A stretch of 63,292 bases of DNA, the filler included, from Octopus bimaculoides (Eukaryota), in assembly GCF_001194135.2 (NCBI RefSeq). It is 9 parts of 9 records of this genome, joined end to end, with 100 filler letters (N's around TTAATTAATTAA, not from the genome) between each part and the next. Parts side by side here need not be neighbours in the genome. Positions count along the whole stretch, not along the records: positions 61,380 to 63,292 come from NW_026300405.1; 8 more parts are not named here. One strand, written 5' to 3'. Positions 61,280-63,292 of this stretch are shown one piece after another (the first letter of the stretch is position 1; every line of letters starts with the position of its first letter). The position numbers were made by a program, and so were the translations under genes. The notes under the pieces are model-generated. The model worked only from the letters and a program-made list of their open reading frames with translations, had not been told where the DNA came from and searched no databases.

Positions 61280-62081
61280 NNNNNNNNNNNNNNNNNNNNN
61301 NNNNNNNNNNNNNNNNNNNNNNNTTAATTAATTAANNNNNNNNNNNNNNNNNNNNNNNNNNNNNNNNNNNNNNNNNNNNCATATACATACATACATATAC
61401 ATACACATGTGGACATACACACACACATATACATGTATACACAATCATATACACTCATGTATATTTACACACACACATACATCTAAATATAGACATATTT
61501 TTTTATAAAAAATACATCTACACAAATACGCTCCCATAGTGATTCACAAGTACACTCATATATGAATATATAAATAAACGTATGTATAAATAAATACACC
61601 TGTGCACAAAAATGTACATACATCCAAAAAATCATACGTAAATGCATATTGATATATTTTAACAAATTAATAGTAATAAGAGTAAAAATAAGAGTAAAAA
61701 TAAGGGTAAAAGTAAAAGTATAAATGATAATGCGTATATGTACACAAAAAAATCAATAGAAACACCTCTAGTTTATACAAAACCCTGAATATGTATACAC
61801 AGACACACACATATACATTTTCTCTCACAGATACACGTGTATATATAAACACCTATACCGGTATATTCATACGTACATAAATTTTGTATGTGTTGGTTGT
61901 TACAAGAGTTTATCAAGATTTAAAATATGTTCTAATTTAGGTTAATAAATTACGAAAGTTTAGATAAATAATTTTAATCTTCTAACCTTGGAGGGAATTA
62001 ATAATATTTTTTATTAGAACTATTTGAAGAACTCACTTATTACGGGTTAATATGATAGCGTTTTATAAAAAACAGTGAATG

Positions 62082-63292
62082 TTATTTAAATGCTGAAAAT
62101 GTATGTTTTTGCCAATGTTTACATCTGTAAGAATTTTCTATGAAAGTATTTACCAGATTATTCTTTGAAAATAAAATAAAGAGGAGCTCGGTAACACAAA
62201 GATGGCAAAATTTTCCACCCTTTTTATATGGCTTAGAAATAGAAAGAATAAGCCAGTCTAGTTTAAATGTAATGTTATTATCTTTAAGATCCCAAATTAG
62301 TTTGCTAAGGCTCGTGGTATTACGTTTGCTTCTATCTCCAAAGGATGAAAAATGGTTAGAAATTCTAATGGATAATGGTGAAGAGAAAGATCCTACATAA
62401 AAGTGAGTATTTGTGGGAGTACTAACTTGGCATTGGTAGATAGTGTTTCTGAGTTTCGCATTTTCACTTAAAAAAATAATTCTTTTGCAATTGACTTCTG
62501 AAATAATGATTTTGTTGTTGTGACTATTACTATTATGTATCGTGTTATTATTATTGTTCCCTATATTATTATTATTATTGTTATTATTGTTATTTTGGTA
62601 AGGGTTAATAATGTCTGGCTCAATATTATTACTGTTTGAACTCTCTAGTGGATGCAAAAGCCTCATATTGTGTGGAGATATTATCTGTGAAATGTTCTTC
62701 ATGTTAGAGAAACCGAATCTAACCCTGTGTGTGTTTATGACTTGGGAGTAATGAGAATGTTTAGGAAAGTNNNNNNNNNNTCGTGAAAAAATGTTAAGCT
62801 TGTTGTTATCGTTAAGGAATTTATGATTGAGGTTATCTTCGTATTTATTGTTATTATTTAAATTAAAAACTGTATATATATTACTATTGCTATTAATATT
62901 ATTATTATTATTACTACTCAGATCGGTTTCATAAGTAGAATCTATATAATTAACCTTTTCTCTGTAACCTGCTTTTAATAAAGCTAAATTGTAAAATTCA
63001 GCCTCCTTATTGAAGATGCATTCATTCGTAGATAGATTGGTTAGTCTAAGTGAAATATTTTTGACCAAATTTCTCGTTACAGAATTTGGATCATTGCTGG
63101 ATTTACTGATATATTTTAGGTTAGTGGAGGGTTTGTGATACGGGAAAAATATTTTAGTATGTAGATCTAAAGTGACGTCAAAGAAGTTAGCTATAGATGT
63201 TTCATCTTCAAATACTATACCAAAGCCCATTCTATTAAAAAGCCTAGCTAATCTATTTTTAACTTTTTGTATTTTTTGATTTGTGGTGTTCT
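62082..63292 (-). mobile_element. Penelope-like retroelement ORF: RT thumb, linker and C-terminal GIY-YIG endonuclease
   Basis: NFFDVTLDL...PYHKP...YISKSSN (PLE thumb); FPKH...NTHRVRFGFSNMKNISQII; TIY...YVG...R..NH; CHLCVTE...CKH. The frame is open to the window end; one 10-N gap. Confidence 0.9.

Overview
AT-rich, gap-ridden animal DNA dominated by repeats. The SINE families, transposase relics and microsatellite load look like a cephalopod (Octopus-like) genome; this is pattern recognition, not a database hit. Eight identical 100-bp spacers (N44-TTAATTAATTAA-N44) split the window into nine artificially joined pieces, so adjacency and orientation across them are unreliable. No intact host gene can be identified, and almost all long ORFs in the track are artefacts of microsatellites or N runs. 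Supported features: many tRNA-derived SINE copies from several modular families; relics of Tc1, mariner, DD37D/maT, Tigger/pogo and hAT transposons plus two MITEs; RTE-type LINE fragments; the 3' end of a Gypsy-like LTR element; the 5' end of an R4/Dong-like non-LTR element abutting (TAA)n; and an open RT-thumb + GIY-YIG ORF of a Penelope-like element at the right edge. The best finding is a type I hammerhead ribozyme with a fully intact core on the minus strand (6955-6999). It has a palindromic, loop-less stem III (dimer type) and sits in a 125-nt rod-like fold inside an otherwise unexplained ~250-bp element (retrozyme or PLE pseudo-LTR candidate). A second, mutated hammerhead lies at 16431-16510. 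Also notable: a perfect 34-bp-stem hairpin (37624-37696) and a candidate first coding exon with strong splice signals (47150-47472).
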